A stretch of DNA of 61,964 bases, counting the filler. It is 5 parts of 5 records of this genome, joined end to end, with 100 filler letters (N's around TTAATTAATTAA, not from the genome) between each part and the next. Parts side by side here need not be neighbours in the genome. Positions count along the whole stretch, not along the records: positions 1 to 25,767 come from DRR723986_4131; 4 more parts are not named here. One strand, 5' to 3'. This document shows, in pieces, positions 1-8,978 of the stretch (positions within the stretch are counted from its first letter, which is position 1; each line of letters starts with the position of its first letter). The notes beneath the pieces are model-generated. The model worked only from the letters and a program-made list of their open reading frames with translations, had not been told where the DNA came from and made no database searches. Made by a program: the position numbers and the translations under genes.

Positions 1-4
1 CGCT

Positions 5-84
5 GTCTCGAAGGATGGGCCGCTTGCTCCTGAGTATGCCGCCCATCCTTCGAGACGCGCAGAAATGCGCTCCTCAGGATGAGG
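5..84. repeat. REP-like palindromic element, Rhizobiales type (probably truncated at window start)
   Basis: Perfect 16-bp inverted repeat GTCTCGAAGGATGGGC (5-20) / GCCCATCCTTCGAGAC (41-56), then a GCGC-N6-GCGC mini-hairpin and TCCTCAGGATGAGG; lies downstream of the EamA gene. Confidence 0.7.
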
Positions 85-142
85 CTGTCTTATTGTGGGA
101 AGTCAGGATAGCCGCCAGTTGGGAGCCAGTCTCCCTCGCCCC

Positions 143-1063
143 CTACTTCGGCTGCGGGCCCGTATCGAAACGCGGGTTGGCGGTTTTCAGGACCGGGGTC
201 TGTACAGAAACATTCTCCCGGCTCTCACGCCACACGACGAAGATACCCGAGGCAATGATGACTGCTGAGCCGAGGCCGACGTAGAAGTCCGGTGTTTCGG
301 AAAAGAACAGCATGCCGAACAGGCTTGCCCAGAGGATCTGGCTGTATTGCAGCGGTGCAACGACCGCGGCCGGCGCAGCCTTGTAGGCGGAGATCGTCAG
401 GAACTGGGCAATGACCGAGAGAAAGCCGATCGCCGCCATAAGTCCGAGGTCGAGAAGCTCCACCGGCACATAGAAGACCGGCAGCGTCATCGACATGGCC
501 ATCATGGACAGGATCATCGGGTAGAGGATCAGGACGGCCGGACGTTCCTTGCCGCCGAGTTTACGCACCAGAATGGTGGAAAGCGAATTGGCGAACGCCG
601 CTGTCAGGGCGGCTGCATGGCCAAGGGTCAGCTCCGTCACACCTGGACGTAAAACGATTAGAACGCCGATCAAACCGACGATCACGGCAGCCCAGCGCTG
701 CACCCGCACGGTTTCACCAAGCAGCGGTACGGACAAGGCGGTGATCAGAAGCGGCATGGCAAACAGCAATGCATAGACCTCGGCCAGCGGCAGCGCCGTA
801 AAGGCGTAGAACCCGCAGGACATGGCGATAATGGCCAGGCCTGCCCGCGACAGCACCAGCCAGGGGTGTCTTGGACGGAAATTGTCGACTGCCTTGTCCG
901 CCAGCATCATCATCGACATCGGCACGAAGGCAAAAAGCATCGTGAAGAAGATGATCTGAAAGACCGGATAGCTGCCACCGAGTTCCTTGATGATGGCGTC
1001 ATGCGTGGAAAACAGGGCAAATGCGAGAAGCGCGGCGGCAAGTCCCTTGAGCGATTCAGTCAT
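143..1063 (-). CDS. DMT/EamA family transporter
   Basis: About 10 hydrophobic helices, EamA-like segments (PLLGETV...RWAAVIVGLIGVLIVLRPG; APLQYSQILWA); start placed at ATG 1063 (MTESLKG). Confidence 0.9.
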   Translation of the reverse strand: MTESLKGLAAALLAFALFSTHDAIIKELGGSYPVFQIIFFTMLFAFVPMSMMMLADKAVDNFRPRHPWLVLSRAGLAIIAMSCGFYAFTALPLAEVYALLFAMPLLITALSVPLLGETVRVQRWAAVIVGLIGVLIVLRPGVTELTLGHAAALTAAFANSLSTILVRKLGGKERPAVLILYPMILSMMAMSMTLPVFYVPVELLDLGLMAAIGFLSVIAQFLTISAYKAAPAAVVAPLQYSQILWASLFGMLFFSETPDFYVGLGSAVIIASGIFVVWRESRENVSVQTPVLKTANPRFDTGPQPK

Positions 1064-1374
1064 AGGCCGGGCCTTAATGGTGTGATGGCCGCCCGCAGAA
1101 ACCGGACGGTTGCTGGGCTGGTTCCGGACGTGACGTCTTGTTTCGTCAGCCGAGCGGTGATGGCAAATCAGCGGTTGGTGGCAATGTCTTGCTTCGATCA
1201 TCACTGAAACGAAGAAAAGTTCAAGAAAGGCCGCTTCGTTTCAGACGGGTTTCGGACCAAATGACCAAGAGTTTCCACAAAGCAAATGGCGCAGCAGAGG
1301 TTTCCCGCTGCCGCGCCATCTTTTTCAGTTCGCCAGAACGGCTTTTCAATCCTGGCAACCGGTTCCGGCTCTTT

Positions 1375-2172
1375 TCAGAGGATCTTGCGCCGCAGGTAGG
1401 ACGATACGACCTCACCCACCACCACCAGGGCGATGATGGCCAGGAGCACCATGGAGACTTCCTGCCAGTTGAAGGTATCGATGGCCCCTTGCAGGATCAC
1501 ACCAATGCCCCCTGCCCCGACCAGACCGAGAACCGTGGATTCCCGCAGGTTGATGTCCCAGCGCAGGATAGTCACCGCAAAGAAGGTCGGCATGACCTGG
1601 GGGACGATGGCATAGAGCACCACCTTGAAATGGCTTGCGCCGCACGCCTTCAGCGCCTCGACCGGTTTCGGATCGATTTCCTCGATGGCTTCGCCCAGCA
1701 GTTTGCCCAGGAAGCCGATGGAACGGAACATGATTGCAACAATGCCGGCCACAACACCGGGGCCAAAGATTGCCACGAACAGCAGGGCCCAGATGATCGT
1801 GTTCACCGAACGCGACGAGACCAGGATGAACCGGCCGAGCCAGAGCGTCAGTGCGTTCGGCGTGGTGTTCTGCGCGGCGATATAGGCCACCGGCAGAGCC
1901 AGCACGACCGCCATTGCCGTGGCGATTGTGGCAAGGTTTACCGTCTCCCACAACGCACTCAGAATCTGGTCGAGGTGGGTAGGGTCTGGAGGCACCATGC
2001 GGCTGAAAAGATCGCCCATCTGGGTCGGCGCGTCCCACACCCAGGCCCAGATGATGTTGACGCTGCCGAGGGCCCAGGCAACGACGAGTGCGGTCAGGGC
2101 AAAGTAGCCGTAGCGCTGAAACCGTTGGGCCGGCGTGTAACGCGCCCAGTCTTGGAGCTGTACCTGTTCCAT
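1375..2172 (-). CDS. phnE: Phosphonate-type ABC transporter permease
   Basis: EAIEEIDPKPVEALKACGA EAA loop and RESTVLGLVGAGGIG motif; operon context. Confidence 0.9.
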   Translation of the reverse strand: MEQVQLQDWARYTPAQRFQRYGYFALTALVVAWALGSVNIIWAWVWDAPTQMGDLFSRMVPPDPTHLDQILSALWETVNLATIATAMAVVLALPVAYIAAQNTTPNALTLWLGRFILVSSRSVNTIIWALLFVAIFGPGVVAGIVAIMFRSIGFLGKLLGEAIEEIDPKPVEALKACGASHFKVVLYAIVPQVMPTFFAVTILRWDINLRESTVLGLVGAGGIGVILQGAIDTFNWQEVSMVLLAIIALVVVGEVVSSYLRRKIL

Positions 2173-2966
2173 TATGCGATCCGCTTTCTGATTGCACCGC
2201 TGACGGCTTCGGAAATCAGGATGGCACCCACGATGACCATGGTGATGGCCAGGGCGAAGTCGTAGTCGTAGCGCCCGAAGGCATTCGCCAGGGTGGCGCC
2301 GATGCCGCCTGCGCCAACGATACCGACGACCGCCGAGGCTCTCAGGTTACTGTCGAGCTGATAGATGCCGAGGCCGATCTGGCGCTGCATGATCTGCGGG
2401 AACACCGCGTAAACCAGTGTCGACAGGAACGGCGCGCCCGCTGCCTTCATCGCTTCGACGGGCCCCGGATCGATTTCCTCGATCTTTTCCGCCAGCAGCT
2501 TTGCAACAAAGCCGATGGAGTAGACGATCAGCGTCAGGACACCCGCGAAGGGACCGAAACCGACCGCTTTCACGAAGATGATGGCGACGATTACCGGATG
2601 GAAGCTGCGTGCGATGATGATGACCGCCCGGCCAAAATAATAGATCGGGAGCGGTGCGATATTCCTGGCCGCCATGAAGGCGATCGGGATCGACAGCAGG
2701 ATGCCGCCGACGGTTGCAAGGATCGCGATCTTCAGGCTTTCCATAAACCCGTCGATGAGCAACTCGCTGCGCTGGAAGCTGGGTGGGAAGGCCCCGCCGA
2801 AGATCCGCCCTGCACGGCTCAAGCCTTGCATCATGCGGTCCCAGTCGATCGGCAGCGTCGCAAAGGTGGTCACGATATAGACCGCTATTGCGACATAAAG
2901 GCCGTAGCGCAATAGCGGGTTGGCGATGAAGGGCTGCTTGCGCCAGGTATCCCTCGCCGTACTCAT
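2172..2966 (-). CDS. phnE: Phosphonate-type ABC transporter permease
   Basis: EKIEEIDPGPVEAMKAAGA and NLRASAVVGIVGAGGIG motifs; overlaps neighbours. Confidence 0.9.
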   Translation of the reverse strand: MSTARDTWRKQPFIANPLLRYGLYVAIAVYIVTTFATLPIDWDRMMQGLSRAGRIFGGAFPPSFQRSELLIDGFMESLKIAILATVGGILLSIPIAFMAARNIAPLPIYYFGRAVIIIARSFHPVIVAIIFVKAVGFGPFAGVLTLIVYSIGFVAKLLAEKIEEIDPGPVEAMKAAGAPFLSTLVYAVFPQIMQRQIGLGIYQLDSNLRASAVVGIVGAGGIGATLANAFGRYDYDFALAITMVIVGAILISEAVSGAIRKRIA

Positions 2967-3736
2967 GCCGCAGCACCTTCCATTTGCCTATCTTCGTGAG
3001 GAACACCGGCATAGATCTCGTGCATCGCGTCCTTCGTCAGGGCATCCGGCAGATCGTCGAAAATGATCCGCCCATAGCGCATGCCGACGATACGGTCGCT
3101 GAATTCCTTGGCTTCATTGACGTTGTGAATGTTGATGATCACCGGAAGCTTCAGTTCGCGTGCGAGGTCCCGCAGCAGCGTCATGATCTGTTCCGAGGTC
3201 TTCGGGTCGAGAGAGGCTGTCGGTTCGTCGGCCAGAAGGATTTCAGGTTGCTGCATCAGCGCCCGGATAACGCCGACACGCTGGCGTTCGCCGCCTGAAA
3301 GTTCGTCCGCGCGCTTGTTGGCGTAATGGGCAATCCCGACCCGCTCCATGAGCTCATAGGCCCGGCGGATGTCTTCCTTGGGGTAACGTCTCGAAAGCGC
3401 TGCCCAGGTCGAGATGTAACCGAGGCGCCCGCTCTGGACATTTTCCATGACGGTCAGACGGTCGACCAGATTGAAGCTCTGGAACACCATGCCGATGCGG
3501 CGGCGGCCGACGCGCAGCTCGCGCTTGCCCAGGCTGGTGAAATCGGTGCCATTCAGGAAGATCTTGCCGGAGGTCGGCTCGACCAGCCGGTTGATGCAGC
3601 GAAGCAGAGTACTCTTGCCCGCACCCGAAGAGCCGATCACGGAGACGACCTCTTCACCGGGAACCTCAAGATCCAGGTCTTTGAGCACAGGATCCCCGGC
3701 CCCGTAACGTTTCACAAGGCTTGTTATCTTTAGCAT
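2963..3736 (-). CDS. phnC: Phosphonate-type ABC transporter ATP-binding protein
   Basis: Walker A GSSGAGKS, signature LSGGERQRV, Walker B LLADEPTASLDP. Confidence 0.92.
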   Translation of the reverse strand: MLKITSLVKRYGAGDPVLKDLDLEVPGEEVVSVIGSSGAGKSTLLRCINRLVEPTSGKIFLNGTDFTSLGKRELRVGRRRIGMVFQSFNLVDRLTVMENVQSGRLGYISTWAALSRRYPKEDIRRAYELMERVGIAHYANKRADELSGGERQRVGVIRALMQQPEILLADEPTASLDPKTSEQIMTLLRDLARELKLPVIINIHNVNEAKEFSDRIVGMRYGRIIFDDLPDALTKDAMHEIYAGVPHEDRQMEGAAA

Positions 3737-3755
3737 GTTTTACCTCGATTGAACC

Positions 3756-3785
3756 GGCCCGCCGGAGTTCAACTCACGGCGGGCC
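3756..3785 (-). other. Intercistronic stem-loop between phnD and phnC
   Basis: GGCCCGCCG (3756-3764) / CGGCGGGCC (3777-3785) inverted repeat just after the phnD stop. Confidence 0.55.
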
Positions 3786-3801
3786 GTCAAAGCCAGTTGT
3801 C

Positions 3802-4779
3802 TTACTTGGCAAGACCTTGCGGCGTGTATTCAACACCGTTGCTGGCCTGGATCTGCCGGATGACAGCCCACTGATCCTTGTAGGTGATGGGGACGAACTT
3901 GCTTACGCCCTCGAATTCCTCACCCAGTTTGTTGCCCTTGAAGTCGAAGCTGAAGAACGCTTCCTTGATTTTTTCAACGAGGGCCGGGTCCAGGTCGTGG
4001 GCATAGTTGAAGGAGGTTGTCGGGAACGGATCGCTTTCCCAGACAATGCGCACTTCCTCCGGATCGTAAAGGCCACGTTCCGCCATGCGGTCAACAACTT
4101 CGGAAGCGACCGGTGCAGCGTCATAGTCGCCGGCAACCACACCCAGCATCGACTGGTCATGGGATCCGGAATAGATGACTTCATAGTCCTGATCCGGTAC
4201 GACACCGAGGTCCGGGAACAGGGCACGCGGCGCCTGGTTGCCCGAGTTGGACGTCGGAGACGTGTGCGCAATGCGCTTGCCCTTCATATCGGCAGGCGTT
4301 TTGATATCGCTGTCGGCCTGGGTGTAGATCTGAAGGCGGTAGCCGAACTGACCGTCTTCGCTGCCCATGATCGCAAACGGCACGGCACCGGCGAGATTGA
4401 CGGCAAAAGGCGTCGGGCCGGTCGAGAAGCCCGCGATATGCAGACGGCCGGACCGCATGGCTTCCACTTCAGCCGAATTCGACTGCACGGCGAAGAACTG
4501 CACGTCCTTGCCGGTAACGGTTTCCAGATGCTCGATGAAAGGTGCCCAGATGTCGGCGTAAACGGCCGGATCTTCAACCGGAGTGTAGGCGAAGACGAGC
4601 GTGTCCGGGTTGCTCAGTTTGGCCGGATCGGACGGGGCATCGGCGACAAGATCGCCATTGGCATCGCAATAGATGCTATCAAGTGCACCCTGGTTTGCGC
4701 ATTCAGCTGCATAAGCGGACGAAAGGGCAAAACCGGTCACAAAAGCCACGGAACCGAGCCGGGCCAGCATATTTCTCAT
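3802..4779 (-). CDS. phnD: Phosphate/phosphite/phosphonate ABC substrate-binding protein
   Basis: Signal peptide; TSPTSNSGNQAP and SGSHDQS motifs of the PhnD/PtxB fold; first gene of the phnCEE operon. Confidence 0.85.
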   Translation of the reverse strand: MRNMLARLGSVAFVTGFALSSAYAAECANQGALDSIYCDANGDLVADAPSDPAKLSNPDTLVFAYTPVEDPAVYADIWAPFIEHLETVTGKDVQFFAVQSNSAEVEAMRSGRLHIAGFSTGPTPFAVNLAGAVPFAIMGSEDGQFGYRLQIYTQADSDIKTPADMKGKRIAHTSPTSNSGNQAPRALFPDLGVVPDQDYEVIYSGSHDQSMLGVVAGDYDAAPVASEVVDRMAERGLYDPEEVRIVWESDPFPTTSFNYAHDLDPALVEKIKEAFFSFDFKGNKLGEEFEGVSKFVPITYKDQWAVIRQIQASNGVEYTPQGLAK

Positions 4780-4890
4780 ATTTTCCTCCCATTACAGATC
4801 ACTCGCGCCTCACAGCGCATCGCACCGCAAGGCTCTTGAAAGATCGACTTCAGCCTAGCGGGATGTGGCGAGGGAAAACGAGCGGCGAAG

Positions 4891-4968
4891 TGTTAACAGA
4901 AGCTGTTGGACAGCCCTATTTTGTTAACAGTGTTACAACCCCCCATGTGCGGGTGAAACAATTGTAAC
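4891..4968. promoter_or_regulatory. Candidate response-regulator binding repeats in the divergent promoter
   Basis: TGTTAACAG at 4891 and 4922, TGTTACAA at 4931, TGAAACAATTGTAAC at 4954-4968; AT-rich patch in GC-rich DNA. Confidence 0.45.
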
Positions 4969-5010
4969 GAGATTCTGGTCTCGCAACCTGGTCCTTGTGT
5001 TAGACAGCTC

Positions 5011-5763
5011 ATGAAGGTGCAAGAGAGCGACGGCATGGATGCAAGCGCGACAAGACCGGTGATTGCCATCATCGATGATGACGCGGATGTGCGCGAAACC
5101 CTGTCTGCTCTCATGGAGGCAAGCGGGTTCGAACCGGTTGCGTTTCAGGACAGCGACGGCTTCAAGGCTGCCGGCAGCCCCCAGGATTTCGACCTCGCGC
5201 TGATTGACCTGCGCCTCAAGGGCGAATCCGGTCTGACCCTTGCCATTCACATCCGCGAAACCAGCGAGCTTCCAATCGTCATGCTGACCGGTGTCGGCGA
5301 CGAGATCGACAAGATCATCGGCCTAGAGACGGGCGCTGACGACTACCTGATGAAGCCGTTCAATCCGCGCGAACTCGTCGCCCGCATCCGCGCGGTTCTG
5401 CGACGCTACGGGCATGGCGTTTCAGCCGCGAAAGCCGGCAAGGATCAGGAGATCATCTTCGGCGACAAGAGGGTGAACCTGAAACGCAGGGAACTGCTTG
5501 ACGGCAACGGCGATGAGATTCCGCTGACCAATGCGGAATATGTCCTGCTGGAATATTTCGTGAAGAACCCGGACCGGATCATTCCCCGTACGGACCTGAT
5601 GCGCGAGATCGGCAGCGACATGCAGCGCTATGTCGACCGGACCATCGATGTCCTGATCCTGAGGCTGCGCCGCAAGATCGAGAATGTCCCGTCCAAGCCC
5701 GTTCATCTGCAGACCCGCCGGGCGCAGGGATACATCTTCGTCCTGCAGGCGGACGGACCATGA
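5011..5763 (+). CDS. OmpR/TorR-family response regulator
   Basis: REC domain (IIDDD, LIDLRL, GADDYLMKPF) plus winged helix (DRTIDVLILRLRRKIE); start may be ATG 5035. Confidence 0.93.
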   Translation: MKVQESDGMDASATRPVIAIIDDDADVRETLSALMEASGFEPVAFQDSDGFKAAGSPQDFDLALIDLRLKGESGLTLAIHIRETSELPIVMLTGVGDEIDKIIGLETGADDYLMKPFNPRELVARIRAVLRRYGHGVSAAKAGKDQEIIFGDKRVNLKRRELLDGNGDEIPLTNAEYVLLEYFVKNPDRIIPRTDLMREIGSDMQRYVDRTIDVLILRLRRKIENVPSKPVHLQTRRAQGYIFVLQADGP

Positions 5764-8288
5764 GCACGTCCCGGCTCCGCCAGCCCAGCATCCGCTCGCT
5801 GCTGCTTTCCTCCATCGGCCTGCTTCTTGTCGTGGTCATGGTTGTCGGGGCCATTGCCCTTATCACTCTCAACAGCGCCGAAGAGCAGCTCGGCACGTTT
5901 CACGACCAGACCCTGAGCGACGTTTCCGACGCCCTGGAGCTTTCCGGCAACGCGTCGAAACTGGCCGCCTCCGCGCCCTTTCTGATGACACTCAGCCCCA
6001 GCTTCCAACTGGAAAGCGAGGCCGAACGAATTCTCGCAACGCTTGATCACATCGAGACACTGGGTGGCGGTGATCCCGACCTCATCAGGCCTCTTGCCCG
6101 CATCCGGGTCGCGATCACCGATCTGGCCCGCGCAATGGTTCCACAAGGCAGGAACGCTGCAGAACTCGCACTGATCGATCAGGATCTGGAGCGCCTTCAA
6201 AAACGCTTCAGGAGGCTCGCACAATCTCGGGACCAATCGCCTGAGGACCGTCAGAACTGGTCAACCCTGCAGCAACTGGTCATGGCGGCCATCGGTGCGT
6301 TGCGCAGTCAGGAGCTGATCAAGGTCGGCGAGCAGCAAAGCAGCTTCCGGCGTATCCGTCAGGACATTGCTTCCAATGCCCCGGCCGCCGTGCGCACAGC
6401 CTTGGCCGAGGTCGATGACGCCGTGATGCGGCGGGGCGACCTGTTCTCGCTGCGTTATGCCAGCCTCGCCGCCAAGCTCGATGCCGAAAACGCGCTCTTC
6501 CGCATTCGCACGGAGCTCGCGCAGGTGAACGCCTACGCCCTTCAGAAGGTGACGGACACAAAGCTGCGGCTTCGCGATTCACGCGACAAGACAACGACCA
6601 GCATTACCTTTGCAAAGGCCGTCATTCTTGTCCTGACCGGCATCAGCCTGATTGTTGCCATCGGCTCCGCCCTGTTTGTCTCCCGCTACGTGGTTCGCAA
6701 CCTGCACCAGATTACCGCAGTCATGCGGCGGCTGGCAGCAGGAGACCTGAAGGCGCGGCTCCCCAAGAAGGCAAGCTCGTCGGACGAAATCGGGCAGTTG
6801 TCCGAAGCTTTCCGCAAGTTCCGGTCCAACGCCCTGCGCCTGGAACGGAAAACCAGGGAAGTCTGGCGCCGAAACGAGCTTTTCATCACCGTTTTCCAGA
6901 ACATAAGCGACGGTGTCGCGGTCCTGTCGCCAACCGGGCAGATCCTGGCCGAAAATGATCGTGTCCGGGAGTTGTTGCGCCTTGAAAGTGCTGGCCGCGG
7001 CAAACGCATGACTTTGCCGGAACTTCTGGAAAAGTCACCGTTCGAGCGCCGTGCCAACGAAAACGACCGCGCCGGATTTGGCGAATACGCCGACACGACC
7101 GGCCGGGTGCTGGAAGTGCGCCAGTCGGCATTGCCTGACGGCGGCTCGGTTTGGCTGTTTTCCGAAACGACGGAACGCAAAAGGATCGACGAACGGCTGG
7201 AAGAAATCCGGCGAGTGGAAAGCCTCGGCAAGGTGACAGGCGAAGTTGCCCATGACTTCGGCAACATTCTGTCCACAATCTCCGGAAATCTTCACATGCT
7301 GGAGGGCGAGCTTAGCCCCAAGGCCTCCGTGCTTAAGGCAAGGATCAATGACGCCGTCGAACTCGGTGTTTCGCTGATCGAGAGGCTTCTGGCCTTCGCC
7401 CGCAAACAACACCTCGCCCCCATCGAAACCGATATCGCCGTGATTGCGGAAGGCATGGAAGACCTGTTGTCGATGGCCCTGCCCGAAACCGTAACGCTGA
7501 CGATCAGGTGCGACGAAGGCCCGATGCATGCGCGGATCGACCCCGGCCAGCTGGAAAGCGCCATCTTGAACCTGTGCGTCAATGCAGGTCAGGCCATCGA
7601 AGACGAAGGACATATCGAAATTGCCGTGACGCGGCAGACAGACGGGACGATCTCGCTATCGGTGAAGGATGATGGCTGCGGTATGGATGCAGATACGTTG
7701 CGCCAGGCCGCAGAGCCTTTCTTCAGCGCCCGCGCGAACGGTGAAGGCACTGGCCTAGGGCTGTCCATGGTGCACGGGTTCGCGCACCAGTCAGGCGGCA
7801 CCATCCACATTGCATCGCAGCCGGGGCGCGGAACCTGCGTAACGTTGACCTTTCCCCAGCAACCTGGCGGACAAACCGCCCATTCTGTGGAGACCGTGGC
7901 CGGGAACGGGATTGGGATCGGGCACGCTCTTGTGGTTGATGATGACCGAAGGTCGGCAGCTGCAATATCGGACCTCATGGCAAGGTTCGGGTACAAGGTG
8001 ACGACAGAGCATTGTTTTGAGGATGCCAAGGTCAGGATTGGCTGCGACATGCCCTATTCTATCATGGTGACGGACTTGCAGCTCGACAATGGTCACTCGG
8101 GCTGGGACCTTGTGGCGAAAGCTCTTGATATGCACCCCGATTGCCGGGTCGTTGCCGTTTCGGGGCATCTGCCACAGGACGACCAGTTTTCAGACAGATT
8201 TCCGGAACGTTTTTCGAAGCTGCCCAAGCCGGTGGATGCGGAAGCACTGGCCGAAAAGATTGGGATGCAGCTCAACGCACCTGCCTGA
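5760..8288 (+). CDS. Hybrid sensor histidine kinase (periplasmic helical sensor, HAMP, PAS-like, HisKA, HATPase, REC)
   Basis: Two TM helices, HAMP (DEIGQLSEAF), H-box VAHDFGNIL, N-box NLCVNA, G boxes DDGCGM and GTGLGL, C-terminal receiver (LVVDDD...KP). Confidence 0.92.
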   Translation: MSTSRLRQPSIRSLLLSSIGLLLVVVMVVGAIALITLNSAEEQLGTFHDQTLSDVSDALELSGNASKLAASAPFLMTLSPSFQLESEAERILATLDHIETLGGGDPDLIRPLARIRVAITDLARAMVPQGRNAAELALIDQDLERLQKRFRRLAQSRDQSPEDRQNWSTLQQLVMAAIGALRSQELIKVGEQQSSFRRIRQDIASNAPAAVRTALAEVDDAVMRRGDLFSLRYASLAAKLDAENALFRIRTELAQVNAYALQKVTDTKLRLRDSRDKTTTSITFAKAVILVLTGISLIVAIGSALFVSRYVVRNLHQITAVMRRLAAGDLKARLPKKASSSDEIGQLSEAFRKFRSNALRLERKTREVWRRNELFITVFQNISDGVAVLSPTGQILAENDRVRELLRLESAGRGKRMTLPELLEKSPFERRANENDRAGFGEYADTTGRVLEVRQSALPDGGSVWLFSETTERKRIDERLEEIRRVESLGKVTGEVAHDFGNILSTISGNLHMLEGELSPKASVLKARINDAVELGVSLIERLLAFARKQHLAPIETDIAVIAEGMEDLLSMALPETVTLTIRCDEGPMHARIDPGQLESAILNLCVNAGQAIEDEGHIEIAVTRQTDGTISLSVKDDGCGMDADTLRQAAEPFFSARANGEGTGLGLSMVHGFAHQSGGTIHIASQPGRGTCVTLTFPQQPGGQTAHSVETVAGNGIGIGHALVVDDDRRSAAAISDLMARFGYKVTTEHCFEDAKVRIGCDMPYSIMVTDLQLDNGHSGWDLVAKALDMHPDCRVVAVSGHLPQDDQFSDRFPERFSKLPKPVDAEALAEKIGMQLNAPA

Positions 8289-8322
8289 GCAGGCGCGAAC
8301 CGAACCGAAGGCTCGGTTCAGA

Positions 8323-8655
8323 TCAAACGAAGACCCGTGCCAGTGTCGCGACCGCGAGCGCAGTTGCGGCCCGCTTCGGGCCTGCAAGATCCGACGTGGT
8401 TCCGCCAGGCACCATCAGGTTGATCCGGTTGAGGTCCGTTGCATCCAGATGATCGAGATCGGCCGATTTGGCGGCTTCCTCGGCCGACAGGCGGATTTCG
8501 TCGAGCATTCGCACAAGGCCCTGCCAGATATGGATAGGAGGAGCCTCGCTCGTATTGCACCAGCGAAGAATTTCATCTTCAGATACATTGAGCACCATCG
8601 CAGCCTCACTCGTATCGAGACCGAGATATGTCATCATATCACTGAAGTTACTCAT
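8323..8655 (-). CDS. Small hypothetical protein with N-terminal HTH-like segment
   Basis: LGLDTSEAAMVLNVSEDEILRWCN resembles an XRE-like HTH; start at ATG 8655 after a purine-rich RBS. Confidence 0.6.
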   Translation of the reverse strand: MSNFSDMMTYLGLDTSEAAMVLNVSEDEILRWCNTSEAPPIHIWQGLVRMLDEIRLSAEEAAKSADLDHLDATDLNRINLMVPGGTTSDLAGPKRAATALAVATLARVFV

Positions 8656-8938
8656 TCTTTTCCCCAAGACGCTCTGCGCCCCAAACACCAGAACCTACAT
8701 TTTGCACTGCAATATGGCAAAAATCCAGTTCTTTACGGGAATTGAGTTAACCAATGCGCCGGCAAAGCAGGCGGGCAGCAATGCAATGCTGCGATTCTTG
8801 GCGGTTCTCTTGGTATTTTTGGCAAGAGGGGCCCATTGCAATTGACCGGCGCACTTGGTGGAAGAGCCAATTATCTGAAATATCTGATGAAAATTGATAT
8901 CGGTGGAAAACGGTCGCCTGCCCGATTGTCCGGTTCGG

Positions 8939-8953
8939 TTAATGATAGGTTTA
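8939..8953 (+). promoter_or_regulatory. Putative CtrA box upstream of minC
   Basis: TTAA-TGATAGG-TTTA, a 7/8 match to TTAA-N7-TTAA. Confidence 0.5.
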
Positions 8954-8978
8954 TCCGACCAAATCAACCTGACCAATT

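Noticed and set aside
1138-4839. Long plus-strand ORFs (1138-2265, 2088-2915, 3721-4839) and similar shadow ORFs elsewhere
   Set aside because: Antisense shadows of well-supported genes in GC-rich DNA, lacking motifs.
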